Part shown: in pieces, positions 1 to 12,562 of the stretch
Position numbering within the stretch: position 1 is the stretch's first letter
Layout of the letters: each line of letters starts with the position of its first letter
From: an uncultured Acidobacteriota bacterium
Lineage (GTDB): Bacteria; Acidobacteriota; Blastocatellia; RBC074
Length of the DNA stretch: 64,000 bases
Assembly (NCBI GenBank): GCA_963796275.1
Contig: CAWCKY010000004.1
Coordinates: 1,312,001 to 1,376,000 of the forward strand
Direction: 5' to 3'
The notes under the pieces: generated by a model
Told to the model about the DNA's origin: nothing
Database searches by the model: none
The model's input: the letters and a program-made list of their open reading frames with translations, nothing else
Position numbers and translations under genes: made by a program

Positions 1-224
1 AGTAAGCGGCGGACCGAAACGACAATCAGGCCGAGTACAATTACAACAATAAAGATAGGGCGTACCAATCTTTCGCTGCCTGGTAGCATGTCGCCCGGAG
101 AGATGAATCGAGCGATAAGCATGAAGATGAGAACGCTCAGGGCAATGATCAGGACGAGCTTGACCCCCTTGCTGTAGCCTTGAGTGAGCGCCTGTTGATT
201 TTCGACAGAAATGTAGTTCCCCAT
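1..224 (-). CDS. Hypothetical membrane protein, N-terminal part (runs off the window edge)
   Basis: ATG at 224 directly after the TAA of the upstream gene. Manual translation MGNYISVENQQALTQGYSKGVKLVLIIALSVLIFMLIARF...IFIVVIVLGLIVVSVRRL is open to the edge, with two hydrophobic segments. Confidence 0.6.
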   Translation of the reverse strand, partial: MGNYISVENQQALTQGYSKGVKLVLIIALSVLIFMLIARFISPGDMLPGSERLVRPIFIVVIVLGLIVVSVRRL

Positions 225-863
225 TTATTCTGTGTCTGGCCGTAATAACCCGTTTTCAATAACCAGGTCATCCTTGGTGCCTGATTTGCGATCTGGGCCG
301 GCGGAAACCAACCGGTAATTGGTCGCCTTGCCGCGATACCTCAATTCCTTACCCCAGAGATCGAACCGGTGCGGTGTTGGTACGTAGCGCGGCGATAGGA
401 AATCCAGCAATTCTCCCATCTCTTCTGTCTCAACGAACTTCCCGCGGTCGCGCTGATATGCGCTGAGGCCGTCGGCCAGTTCTTTGAGCATGATCGCCGT
501 CCGGCGCACTTTTTCACGACGGACCGCCTCTTCTATCAAATCGAAAGATTCCCATTGCCGGTCGCCCAGCCTGACCTCGGAAACACGCCAATCTCCATTC
601 TCTCGGGTTACGCGAAAGGCCGTCTCGATCCGGGCCTCGACGATCACATCGCCGCCCGTCAGGCTCGGACTCAGGTCTTTTATCTGGACCTGATCTTTAT
701 CGAAGTTCGCTCCGGCGATATGTTGAAGCAACTCGCGCGCCTTGCCTACGCTGAGCGTGTCCCCCGGCGAGGCGAATAATATCAACCCACAGAAAAGCGA
801 ACTTATCCCGACGCTGATAGCAAAACTGAGAATAACTCTGCGGGATTTAAATTGGTTCTCCAT
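225..863 (-). CDS. Exported/membrane-anchored protein with C-terminal type II secretion GspG-like domain
   Basis: N-terminal hydrophobic segment. C-terminal DLWGKELRY...YRLVSAGPDRKSGTKDDL resembles the GspG DPWG..Y...S.GPDG..GT.DD motif. Confidence 0.65.
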   Translation of the reverse strand: MENQFKSRRVILSFAISVGISSLFCGLILFASPGDTLSVGKARELLQHIAGANFDKDQVQIKDLSPSLTGGDVIVEARIETAFRVTRENGDWRVSEVRLGDRQWESFDLIEEAVRREKVRRTAIMLKELADGLSAYQRDRGKFVETEEMGELLDFLSPRYVPTPHRFDLWGKELRYRGKATNYRLVSAGPDRKSGTKDDLVIENGLLRPDTE

Positions 864-917
864 AACGAATTTACGGGAGTTTTCCCGTCAGCGATGTTAG
901 CAAAATACCCCAACAAA

Positions 918-1793
918 CTAAAGCTGGGCATCCGCAGATTTTTGAGCCAATAACAACTCGGTTAATCGCACGACCGCGACCATTTCAGCGACATCATGAA
1001 CGCGTACGATACGAGCACCGCGCATTACGGCTAGCGCGACGAAGAGTGCGGTGCCCGTCAACTTCTCCCCCTCGTCGTTACGATTCCCAGCGCCCAGTAA
1101 ACGGTCAAGCGTTCGTTTAATAAAAGATTTGCGCGAGGGACCGAGCAATACCGGCATTTCAAACTCAGCGACTATGCGGTCGAGTCCGCCGATCAATTGC
1201 AGATTCTGCTCGGGCGTTTTGCCGAAACCTATGCCGGGATCGATGATAATCTTTTCACGCTTCACCCCTCGGCATTTCGCTTCATCGATCGATCTTTGCA
1301 GCCCACCGATCGTCTCAGAAAAGATATCATCGACCGGTGGCAATTTTTGCATAGTTTCGGGCGTTCCGCGTGAGTGCATGAGGACTAACGCCGCGCCGGA
1401 CTCGGCGGCAACATCAGCGATCATCGGATCGAATCGTAGACCGCTGATATCATTGATGATCTCCGCGCCAAGTTCAATCGCTTTACGCGCCACCAGGTTT
1501 TTTGTCGTATCGATTGAGATAGGGATGCGAATATCACCCTGAAGCTTCTCAAGGACCGGCAAGATGCGTCTCAACTCATCGTCGATGCTGACGCCCATCG
1601 ATCCTGGCCTCGTCGATTCCCCGCCGATATCGAGGATCTGAGCTCCTGCGGCCTCGATCTCGAGCGCTCTTTCTACTGCTCGTTCCGGCTCGCAATATTC
1701 CCCGCCATCTGAAAAAGAATCGGGGGTGACGTTGAGCACGCCCATCACTTGAACGCGGGAATTGAGGTCAAGGGTCGATCGAATGAGTTTCAT
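918..1793 (-). CDS. folP: Dihydropteroate synthase
   Basis: MGVLNVTPDSFSDGG, DIGGESTRPG, IDPGIGFGK, SRKSF and IVRVHDV motifs. ATG 1793 preferred over 1832. Confidence 0.97.
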   Translation of the reverse strand: MKLIRSTLDLNSRVQVMGVLNVTPDSFSDGGEYCEPERAVERALEIEAAGAQILDIGGESTRPGSMGVSIDDELRRILPVLEKLQGDIRIPISIDTTKNLVARKAIELGAEIINDISGLRFDPMIADVAAESGAALVLMHSRGTPETMQKLPPVDDIFSETIGGLQRSIDEAKCRGVKREKIIIDPGIGFGKTPEQNLQLIGGLDRIVAEFEMPVLLGPSRKSFIKRTLDRLLGAGNRNDEGEKLTGTALFVALAVMRGARIVRVHDVAEMVAVVRLTELLLAQKSADAQL

Positions 1794-1975
1794 GAAATGG
1801 AAACAAAATGAAGTGAGCTGCCAAAAAGGCAAAAATGATTGCCGGCGTCACATTTTTCACTGTATGAATGGAGCTAACATCAACAGACGATACCGGAAGA
1901 CATGCGATGTTGCTGGCGAATTCGATGCACGGGTCGCTATGCTCCCAGTACTGCACGAATGTTCATTTTTTCGAT

Positions 1976-2785
1976 TTAGCTTTGAGTATCCCGCGAACCT
2001 CGTCTGAGTTCAAGAACAACCTCTTTCCCGACCTGCGCGCCGGCGAACTGCGCCGCCGAGCCGCACCACACGGCGATCTCCCAGTAGCCGGCACTCCCGA
2101 GATAAGCGAATAGTTCTTGCGTGCCAGCCGATGCGGCGAAGTGCCGGTAAAATCTGTTTATCTGGCGATCGGCGAAACCCATCTTGATCTCGGACTGATT
2201 GACTAGATCGAGCGGCAAATCTTCAGCCGTAATATTCGTGACGCAATTTCCGAAACGATCTATATGAATTACGCACCCTTCAATCTTTCCCTGGGTAACC
2301 ATGGGTTTCGGGATTTCCAGCTTGATATAATCCGCGATCTCGTTGCCGAGAGCGTCGGGCGAGAGACCGCACGAGAGCCAGGCTGCGACCGGTGCGAAAA
2401 TATCGCGTCCGTGAAAAGTCGGGCTCACACCTCGGCGATAGAACTGTTCGCTGGTGATATGAATGACTCTGACTATGGATTCGCGCGCATAGATGTAGCT
2501 GAAAACCCCGTTATCCGGGCCCACGAAGAGATGGGCGCCGGTCTCAACGACTATCGCTCGCCTCTCCGAACCGACACCGGGATCTACCACGGCGAGGTGA
2601 ATCGTGTCCCGCGGAAAATCGTTATAACAGGCGGATAGTATGAATGCGGCTGAAGCGATATCGTGCGGGGGTATCTCGTGCGTGATGTCTGCGATCCGGA
2701 CCCCCGGATTGATTGTGTAGATGACACCTTTTACGGCCGGAACGAAATAATCGAGATTGCCGAAATCGGTCAGCAGAGTAATCAT
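1976..2785 (-). CDS. SAM hydroxide adenosyltransferase / chlorinase-fluorinase family (DUF62)
   Basis: ITLLTDFG, VVDPGVGSERR, GPDNG, TFHGRDIFAP and HIDRFGN motifs. Confidence 0.93.
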   Translation of the reverse strand: MITLLTDFGNLDYFVPAVKGVIYTINPGVRIADITHEIPPHDIASAAFILSACYNDFPRDTIHLAVVDPGVGSERRAIVVETGAHLFVGPDNGVFSYIYARESIVRVIHITSEQFYRRGVSPTFHGRDIFAPVAAWLSCGLSPDALGNEIADYIKLEIPKPMVTQGKIEGCVIHIDRFGNCVTNITAEDLPLDLVNQSEIKMGFADRQINRFYRHFAASAGTQELFAYLGSAGYWEIAVWCGSAAQFAGAQVGKEVVLELRRGSRDTQS

Positions 2786-2957
2786 TTGATCGCGGATTGC
2801 GAATCATTCGGACATCCACCACAAAAATCACATAATAAAGACAAAAGGCACGAAGAGTAAGGAAAGAGAAGAATTCCCTTCTCTCAATACTCTTGTGCCT
2901 TTCGCCTCTCTTTTCTGTGACCTTTGTGGCGAACGATCCGCATTCTGCATTCCGTTT

Positions 2958-3983
2958 CTATCTGGCCGGAGCCGCAGTACGAATCAGGATTTCGGTTCCG
3001 GGTTCGAGCGTCAACTCTTTGCCGCCATCGACCAGGACCGAGCCTGCGCCCACGCCTGCGCCGAGAACGGCGCCAATCGCAGCACCCTTACCGCCTCCGG
3101 CGATGCCTCCGATGATAGCGCCGAGAGCGCCCGCGCCGACGCTGCGCACTGCCGTGTCTTTCGTGCGGCTGCCGGTCTGAACGTTACCTTCCTCGTCAAC
3201 TGTCTTGACGTTCTCGCTCTGATAGACCCGCTCTACCTGTGCCGCCATTCTGCCCGTGCGGCCGTCACGGACCTGGAGCGAATCGAATGCCAACGCCATT
3301 TCGGTCTTTCCCGTCGCCTTACCAGATTTAGTCAGCTTGGAAATATGACCTTCAACGACCGCATCGACATAATCGCTGGGATCGAGCACGACGGCGGTGA
3401 AGCGGTCGCCTTCTTTGTTAGTTCGAGTGTCCAGCTGCGTGGTGAGCCGGATCTTCATCTGAACTCCATCTGGCACCCTGAACGAGTAGCGGGTAGGCGG
3501 CGTATTATCTTCGCGACTAGCCTCACGACTATCATCGCTCGCGGAGCGCGCCGGTTCGGCGGCTACATCACCACCACCTTGGGAGGCATTGACTGCGGCG
3601 ATCACAGTTTTACCGAGATTGGTAGGCATTGTGATCGAAAAAGGACGCCCGAGATAACCATCGCCGTACCCCATTTCGAAGCCGATGCGATATGCCTCCT
3701 GAAACTCGAGCCGTGTTCCCAAACTCTCAGAGTAACCCCGATCCGCAGTTCTGTATGATTCACTATTGCCGTAATCCCGCGCTCCATTTTCATTGAAGTC
3801 GCCTTTGCCCTTTACAAACCCGTCTTCGTAGCCGGAACGGTATCCGTGCTGATACGCGTGACGATACGATGATGGGCTGTTGGTTACCACCTTCGGGCGC
3901 GTTTGTTGCGCAAACGTGCCGGATGGCAAGCCTGATAGGCAAAAAAACAATGTAACCAACAATGCTGCTCTGCTAAAATCCAT
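2958..3983 (-). CDS. Secreted hypothetical protein (GY-rich N-terminal repeats, C-terminal glycine zipper)
   Basis: Signal peptide after ATG 3983 with an AGGAGG Shine-Dalgarno. GYRSGYEDG-type repeats. GAGALGAIIGGIAGGGKGAAIGAVLGAG glycine zipper. Confidence 0.75.
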   Translation of the reverse strand: MDFSRAALLVTLFFCLSGLPSGTFAQQTRPKVVTNSPSSYRHAYQHGYRSGYEDGFVKGKGDFNENGARDYGNSESYRTADRGYSESLGTRLEFQEAYRIGFEMGYGDGYLGRPFSITMPTNLGKTVIAAVNASQGGGDVAAEPARSASDDSREASREDNTPPTRYSFRVPDGVQMKIRLTTQLDTRTNKEGDRFTAVVLDPSDYVDAVVEGHISKLTKSGKATGKTEMALAFDSLQVRDGRTGRMAAQVERVYQSENVKTVDEEGNVQTGSRTKDTAVRSVGAGALGAIIGGIAGGGKGAAIGAVLGAGVGAGSVLVDGGKELTLEPGTEILIRTAAPAR

Positions 3984-4127
3984 AAACTGCCTCCTTTTTC
4001 TACTCCAAAAGGGTCTTTGTTCTACAAATAACAAATACTCTAACTACCCAAGAAAGAGTAAGGGGTAATAACTTTCTACCCCAACGCAACACTAAACACA
4101 AGCCGCTGGTTGTTGTATGCTGGTTAT

Positions 4128-5318
4128 ATGACACTAAGAAAAATCTATCTGGATAATAGCGCGACGACGCGTACCGACGATGAGGTAATGAGGACGATGC
4201 TGCCTTATTTCACTGAAGTTTTCGGCAATGCATCGAGCACGCATCAGTGGGGCCAGCACGCGAGACAGGCAGTAGAAGACGCCCGGCAACAGGTGGCTGC
4301 ACTTTTGAATGCCGCCCCGGCTGAGATCACCTTCCTCTCCGGAGGGACAGAAGCCGACAATCTGGCGATCAAAGGCATCGCAGAAGCGCAGAAAGATAGG
4401 GGCCGTCATATTATCACTTCGCAAATCGAACATCCGGCAGTTCTGGCCACATGCGCTCATCTGGAGAGGGAAGGATGGCGTGTCACATATTTACCGGTCT
4501 ACCGTGACGGCATCGTGCGCCTTGACGATGTGCGTTCGGCGCTGAGCGATGAAACCGTATTGATCACAGTCATGCATGTGAATAACGAGATCGGCACCAT
4601 ACAGCCGGTCAAAGAGATAGGGGTTCTCGTCAAGGAGCGTCGAGCGGCTGGGCAGAAGCATCTTTTTCTGCATACGGACGCTGTGCAATCGGTGGGCAAG
4701 ATACCGGTGGACGTCAAAGCTCTGGGCGTTGATCTGCTGGCATTATCAGGGCATAAGATTCATGGGCCGAAAGGTATCGGAGTTCTCTATCTACGCCGCG
4801 GCGTACGCATCGCATCTCAGATGCATGGAGGGCACCACGAACGCGACCGGCGGGCAGGGACCGAGAGCGTTTCAATGATCGCCGGGATGGGCAAAGCCGC
4901 GGAGCTCTCACGACTGCATCTTATTGAACGGATGGAACATACGCGACACTTGCGCGATTATCTGGAAGAAGAGCTATTCAAGCGGATTCCGGATATAACG
5001 CGCAATGGTGACAGCGAAAGGCGCGTCCCGAATATAGCAAATATCAATTTCGATTACGTCGAGGGTGAGGGGCTGCAGATTTCCCTCGATTTGAAGGGTG
5101 TGGCAGTCTCAACCGGCTCAGCGTGTTCATCCGGTTCTACCGAGCCGTCGCACGTACTCGTTGCGATCGGTTTATCGCAGGATACCGGCCACGGCTCATT
5201 ACGCTTCAGTTTCAGTAAAGACAATACGATGGCGGAAGTTGATTATGTGATTGAGACGCTTCCGGCAGTCGTCGCGAAGCTGCGCAAGCTGTCTCCGATG
5301 GCTAAACTTAATAATTGA
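4128..5318 (+). CDS. iscS: Cysteine desulfurase (IscS/NifS type)
   Basis: IYLDNSATT, HTDAVQ, SGHKIHGPKG (PLP lysine) and STGSACSS (catalytic Cys). ATG 4128 preferred. Confidence 0.95.
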   Translation: MTLRKIYLDNSATTRTDDEVMRTMLPYFTEVFGNASSTHQWGQHARQAVEDARQQVAALLNAAPAEITFLSGGTEADNLAIKGIAEAQKDRGRHIITSQIEHPAVLATCAHLEREGWRVTYLPVYRDGIVRLDDVRSALSDETVLITVMHVNNEIGTIQPVKEIGVLVKERRAAGQKHLFLHTDAVQSVGKIPVDVKALGVDLLALSGHKIHGPKGIGVLYLRRGVRIASQMHGGHHERDRRAGTESVSMIAGMGKAAELSRLHLIERMEHTRHLRDYLEEELFKRIPDITRNGDSERRVPNIANINFDYVEGEGLQISLDLKGVAVSTGSACSSGSTEPSHVLVAIGLSQDTGHGSLRFSFSKDNTMAEVDYVIETLPAVVAKLRKLSPMAKLNN

Positions 5319-5444
5319 TAGTTGATAATTGATAATTGATAATTGATAATTCGTATAATTGTTGCAACAGTATTTACGAATTATCGACTATAACTATCAA
5401 ATATAACTATCAAATATAAATCAACTATCAACTATCAACTATCC
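5313..5444. repeat. Hairpin element with TTGATAA / ATCAACT heptamer arms (copy 1)
   Basis: (TTGATAA)n left arm, core GATAATTCGTA...TACGAATTATC, (TATCAAC)n right arm. Related copy at 43782-43871. Confidence 0.75.
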
Positions 5445-5445
5445 G

Positions 5446-5805
5446 ATGTATAGCGAGAAAGTTTTGGAGCATCTGGAAAATCCGCGAAATGTGGGAGAGA
5501 TGGCCGATGCGTCGGGGCGTGGGGAGGCGACCAATCCTGTTTGTGGCGATCTGTTGAGTCTCTACCTCAGGGTGACGGATGGTAAGATTACGGCCGCGAG
5601 TTTCCAGGTCAAGGGTTGTCCGCCGAGCATTGCAGCCGGTTCCGTGTTGACCGAATTGATCACGAATTTGTCAATGGTGGATGCGGGACGGCTGACGCCG
5701 CAGGATATCACTATTGCACTTGCGGGGTTGCCGCGCAATAAAGAGCATTGTTCTGTGCTTGCGATCGATGCGTTGCGTGCAGCGATTGCCGCATGCTCTC
5801 GCTGA
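5446..5805 (+). CDS. iscU: Fe-S cluster scaffold, IscU/NifU N-terminal family
   Basis: YSEKVLEHLENPRNVG, NPVCGD, GCPPSIAAGS and KEHCSVLA: three scaffold Cys. Follows iscS. Confidence 0.9.
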   Translation: MYSEKVLEHLENPRNVGEMADASGRGEATNPVCGDLLSLYLRVTDGKITAASFQVKGCPPSIAAGSVLTELITNLSMVDAGRLTPQDITIALAGLPRNKEHCSVLAIDALRAAIAACSR

Positions 5806-5922
5806 AAGGCGGCAATACGTGATATAAATTGGGGGCCCGAAGAATTTCGTGAGCTCTTTGACGATGTCATAAGCGAATTTGAATGTGACGTTTTATGGCA
5901 TTGTCTCAATATTTGTATCGAA

Positions 5923-7269
5923 ATGATAAATATTCAAAGCATAGAAGCGGCTCCTTACCTCGCTTCATCCCTTGATCAGGTCCTCAACCGAATGTGCGAG
6001 GTGTTTGACGAAGACTGCGTCCAGCTTCGCACGGGCAATCACTTCCGGGTTATCGATGAAGATTATCGGATAGTCGCCTTTCCGGGGACCGTCGAAGAGT
6101 TGAGCGAGATATTGAAACTCGCGTTGAGCGAGCGCTGGCGCGTCATCCCGGCAGGCGCCGGCACCTGGCTTGAAATGGGCAACCGGCCGCCCGAGTTTCA
6201 TCTGATAGTATCGACCGAAAAATTGAATCGCGTTCTCGAATATGAGCCGGCGGATTTGACCGCGACTGTCGAAGCCGGATGCACTCTCAGATCATTCAAC
6301 CAACTCGCTTCGGCTCACGGTCAATTTATTCCGCTCGATCCTTTCGGCGCTTACAACTCTACGATTGGGGGGGTCGTCTCATCGGCGAGCAGCGGCCCGA
6401 TGCGCTGCGCTTATGGCACCCCGCGTGACTGGTTGATCGGCATTCGCGTCGTCAACGCCGAGGGGACCATCTCGAATGCAGGAGGGAAGGTCGTCAAAAA
6501 CGTGGCGGGCTATGATTTGTGTAAGCTCTATTCCGGGAGTTTCGGCACTCTCGCCATCATCGCCGAGATGAGTTTCAAGTTGCGCGCATTGCCTCCGGAC
6601 GAAAAAACCCTGTTATTTTATGCGAGCGAGCCGGATGCTCTGTCGTCCCTCGTCGGACGAATTATCGATTCGGACATTCAACCGACCGCCTGTGAAATGC
6701 TCTCTCCGAGCGATCTATCATTGCCGATTGAAACCGGCAAATACGCGCTCGCCCTTCGGTTCCTAAGCGAACCCGAAGCCATTGATTGGCAAATAACCAG
6801 TGCGTTGCATCTCGGTGATGGGCTGGACGCCACGGTGATGAGCGTCGAAGACGCGCAAAGTTTTTGGCGGTCGTACCAGGAAAGCGAAGTTCTGGATCGA
6901 TGGGCTTATAGTCTGCGGTTGAGCGCCCTGCCTTCGGACCTGAATCGCATAATCGCCGATCTCGATCGCGTTCTGCCCACGGCGCACTGGCGGGCACACG
7001 CGGCCAACGGTGTGGTAAGGGTGCACGCCGATGCTGGATGGCTGGATGAAATCAATAGGCTCGAGCGATACCGGAAACCGGCTGAGTTGAGAAAGTTGTT
7101 GGAGTCGCGTGGCGGGCAGCTGGTGATACAGCGCGCGACTGATGAGATGAAGACGCAACTCGATGTCTGGGGCGATGTCGGATCGACCGCCAGCTTAATG
7201 CTCGCGATCAAAGAGAAATTCGATCCGCAGAAGCTACTCAATATGGGAAGATTTGTGGCCGGGATTTGA
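5923..7269 (+). CDS. glcE: FAD-binding oxidoreductase, glycolate oxidase subunit GlcE-like
   Basis: YEPADLTATVEAG, STIGG and GGKVVKNVAGYDLCKL motifs; C-terminal IKEKFDP..LN.GRF. Adjacent to glcF. Confidence 0.85.
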   Translation: MINIQSIEAAPYLASSLDQVLNRMCEVFDEDCVQLRTGNHFRVIDEDYRIVAFPGTVEELSEILKLALSERWRVIPAGAGTWLEMGNRPPEFHLIVSTEKLNRVLEYEPADLTATVEAGCTLRSFNQLASAHGQFIPLDPFGAYNSTIGGVVSSASSGPMRCAYGTPRDWLIGIRVVNAEGTISNAGGKVVKNVAGYDLCKLYSGSFGTLAIIAEMSFKLRALPPDEKTLLFYASEPDALSSLVGRIIDSDIQPTACEMLSPSDLSLPIETGKYALALRFLSEPEAIDWQITSALHLGDGLDATVMSVEDAQSFWRSYQESEVLDRWAYSLRLSALPSDLNRIIADLDRVLPTAHWRAHAANGVVRVHADAGWLDEINRLERYRKPAELRKLLESRGGQLVIQRATDEMKTQLDVWGDVGSTASLMLAIKEKFDPQKLLNMGRFVAGI

Positions 7270-7346
7270 TGTAGGTTTACCATTGATTGATTACATAACG
7301 TAGGGCCCGAGCATAAATCCAGAGAACAGAACCCGAGAACAGAAAA

Positions 7347-8738
7347 ATGATGGAATCAACCACATCACTTCACACCGCGCTCAACACCGAGATGGATAAA
7401 TTGCTCGGATGCATTCATTGCGGCCTCTGTCTCCCGGCCTGTCCGACCTATCAGCAGGTCGGAAATGAAAATGACAGCCCGCGCGGTCGCATCTATCTGA
7501 TGCGCGCGGTCGCCGAAGGGCGGCTCGACGTCGATTCCACAACCTTCTCGCGGCATATAGATCTGTGTCTCGGCTGCCGCGCGTGTGAAACGGCGTGTCC
7601 TGCCGGGGTGAGATACGGTTTTTTGCTTGAGGCCGCGCGCGCGACGATCCTGGAGCAAAATGATAAGACGAAGACGGGCGGTATTCAGAAGACGATCCTC
7701 CGCTTCGCCCTGCGCCATATCTTTCCGTACCCGCAGCGACTGAGTAAGGTCTTCGCCTTCTCCAGGTGGCTGCGCAGAAGCTTCCTCGTCAAGATCGCAT
7801 TCGAAAAGGGCCTGGTGCGAAAATTCTCATCTAAAGCCGATTTCGCCTTGTCGCTGTTGATGACGACGAAGCCGGCCGGTAGTCCTGCGACCGGAAACGA
7901 AAAATTGATCCCGGGCGAACAGAGCAATCGGGGCAATCGGGGCAGTGAGAGCAGTGGTGGTAAGGGACGTTTGGCCGTTGTCTTCACCGGTTGCGTCATG
8001 GAGGGTTTGTTCAAGCATACGAATGATGCGACGAAACGCGTCCTGGCCATCAACGGATGCTCGCTCGCCGAAGTGCCCAAGCAGGCCTGTTGCGGCGCAC
8101 TGCACGCACACGCGGGCGAGATGGAGACCGCGCGCCAACTCGCGCGCCGCAATATAGACGCGTTCGATCGCTTCCTACGCCAGGAAGTGAGAGGGCAGAA
8201 ACCGCCGACGATCATCATCAATGCCGCAGGTTGCGGCGCCTTGCTCAAGGAGTACGGTGAACTACTGCGGGACGACCCGATTTACGCAGAACGTGCGCAC
8301 GCCTTCAGCGCGCGTGTTAAAGACGTCACGGAATTTCTCGCCGAAGACAGAGTTGAGAGCGGCGCAGCGCTCAATATGCGCGTCACCCTGGATGCGCCAT
8401 GCCACCTCTATCACGCACAACGCGTGATGACCGCACCACAAAAGCTGCTCGCCTCTATCGCCGGCATCGAATACGTTCAACTGGAAGGAATGCAAGACTG
8501 CTGCGGTGGCGCCGGCATTTACAATATGAGCGAGCCCGAAATGTCGGAAAAACTTTTATCGGATAAGATAGGCAAGGTGATGGCGACCGGCGCCGGCGTA
8601 TTGGTTACAGCCAATCCCGGATGTCATATGCAATTAGGTGCAGGAATAAGGATGTTCAAGGCCGAATGCCGGGTTGCGCATATCGTTGAGTTGCTCGATG
8701 AGACTTATCGAAGGGCCGGGTTTTATCAGAAATCCTGA
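7347..8738 (+). CDS. glcF: Glycolate oxidase iron-sulfur subunit GlcF-like
   Basis: CIHCGLCLPACPTY and CLGCRACETACP ferredoxin motifs, two CCG domains, TANPGC. Confidence 0.88.
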   Translation: MMESTTSLHTALNTEMDKLLGCIHCGLCLPACPTYQQVGNENDSPRGRIYLMRAVAEGRLDVDSTTFSRHIDLCLGCRACETACPAGVRYGFLLEAARATILEQNDKTKTGGIQKTILRFALRHIFPYPQRLSKVFAFSRWLRRSFLVKIAFEKGLVRKFSSKADFALSLLMTTKPAGSPATGNEKLIPGEQSNRGNRGSESSGGKGRLAVVFTGCVMEGLFKHTNDATKRVLAINGCSLAEVPKQACCGALHAHAGEMETARQLARRNIDAFDRFLRQEVRGQKPPTIIINAAGCGALLKEYGELLRDDPIYAERAHAFSARVKDVTEFLAEDRVESGAALNMRVTLDAPCHLYHAQRVMTAPQKLLASIAGIEYVQLEGMQDCCGGAGIYNMSEPEMSEKLLSDKIGKVMATGAGVLVTANPGCHMQLGAGIRMFKAECRVAHIVELLDETYRRAGFYQKS

Positions 8739-8815
8739 GCTTTTCCGTAATCTTGGTAGAAGAGAGAATACGAGTTTCGTTGTTCGTATCCTCTCTCCTA
8801 TATCGGCCAATTGCC

Positions 8816-11539
<2,724 letters not shown>

Positions 11540-11766
11540 TGTCCTTGTTGGGTTAAGGGCGTGTCACGCCGGTTAAATTCATTTTAAAAATGATTTTTCG
11601 AATAGATCTACTATAACGTAAACATTGTTAGTAGTCGAAGCAGGGCGTCGAGATGGGGCGGATTATCGAAGTCTCATCAAGTTGCATCCAGATTCTATAA
11701 TACATATTAACAGAAATATTGTGACAGTGCGTCCAGCTTTTAAGAGTTAACTCACGCTTATTCTGC

Positions 11767-12543
11767 TTGGAGTTCCGCCTTCAGGCGGTCAGGAATTATG
11801 CGAAGGAAAAGACCGCGTAAACGCGGAACTCCAAACGCGATCTGCATATTTTAGTTCCGTCTGTAGTGGTCGGTGTTTTCTGCTTGGAGTTCCGCCTTCA
11901 GGCGGTCAGGAATTATGCGAAGGAAAAGACCGCGTAAACGCGGAACTCCAAACGCGATCTGCATATTTTAGTTCCGTCTGTAGTGGTCGGTGTTTTCTGC
12001 TTGGAGTTCCGCCTTCAGGCGGTCAGGAATTATGCGAAAGGAAAAGACCGCGTAAACGCGGAACTCCAAACGCGATCTGCATATTTTAGTTCCGTCTGTA
12101 GTGGTCGGTGTTTTCTCGCTTGGAGTTCCGCCTTCAGGCGGTCAGGAATTATGCGAAAGGAAAAGACCGCGTAAACGCGGAACTCCAAACGCGATCTGCA
12201 TATTTTAGTTCCGTCTGTAGTGGTCGGTGTTTTCTCGCTTGGAGTTCCGCCTTCAGGCGGTCAGGAATTATGCGAAAGGAAAAGACCGCGTAAACGCGGA
12301 ACTCCAAACGCGATCTGCATATTTTAGTTCCGTCTGTAGTGGTCGGTGTTTTCTCGCTTGGAGTTCCGCCTTCAGGCGGTCAGGAATTATGCGAAAGGAA
12401 AAGACCGCGTAAACGCGGAACTCCAAACGCGATCTGCATATTTTAGTTCCGTCTGTAGTGGTCGGTGTTTTCTCGCTTGGAGTTCCGCCTTCAGGCGGTC
12501 AGGAATTATGCGAAAGGAAAAGACCGCGTAAACGCGGAACTCC
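11767..12543. repeat. Tandem REP-doublet (REPIN/BIME-like) array A: 7 units, 117-119 bp period
   Basis: GGAG starts at 11769, 11886, 12003, 12122, 12241, 12360, 12479. Each unit is GGAGTTCCGCCTTCAGGCGGTC...GACCGCGTAAACGCGGAACTCC with near-identical linkers. Confidence 0.92.
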
Positions 12544-12562
12544 GAGTGACTACAGGCGATAA

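Noticed and set aside
1976-2785. Fluorinase or chlorinase of a halometabolite pathway
   Set aside because: Housekeeping context next to folP with no biosynthetic cluster. The widespread SAM-hydrolysing DUF62 type is more likely.
11767-12543. CRISPR array (also 51688-52024 and 55472-56332)
   Set aside because: The would-be spacers are near-identical within each array, the units are inverted REP pairs, and there are no cas genes.
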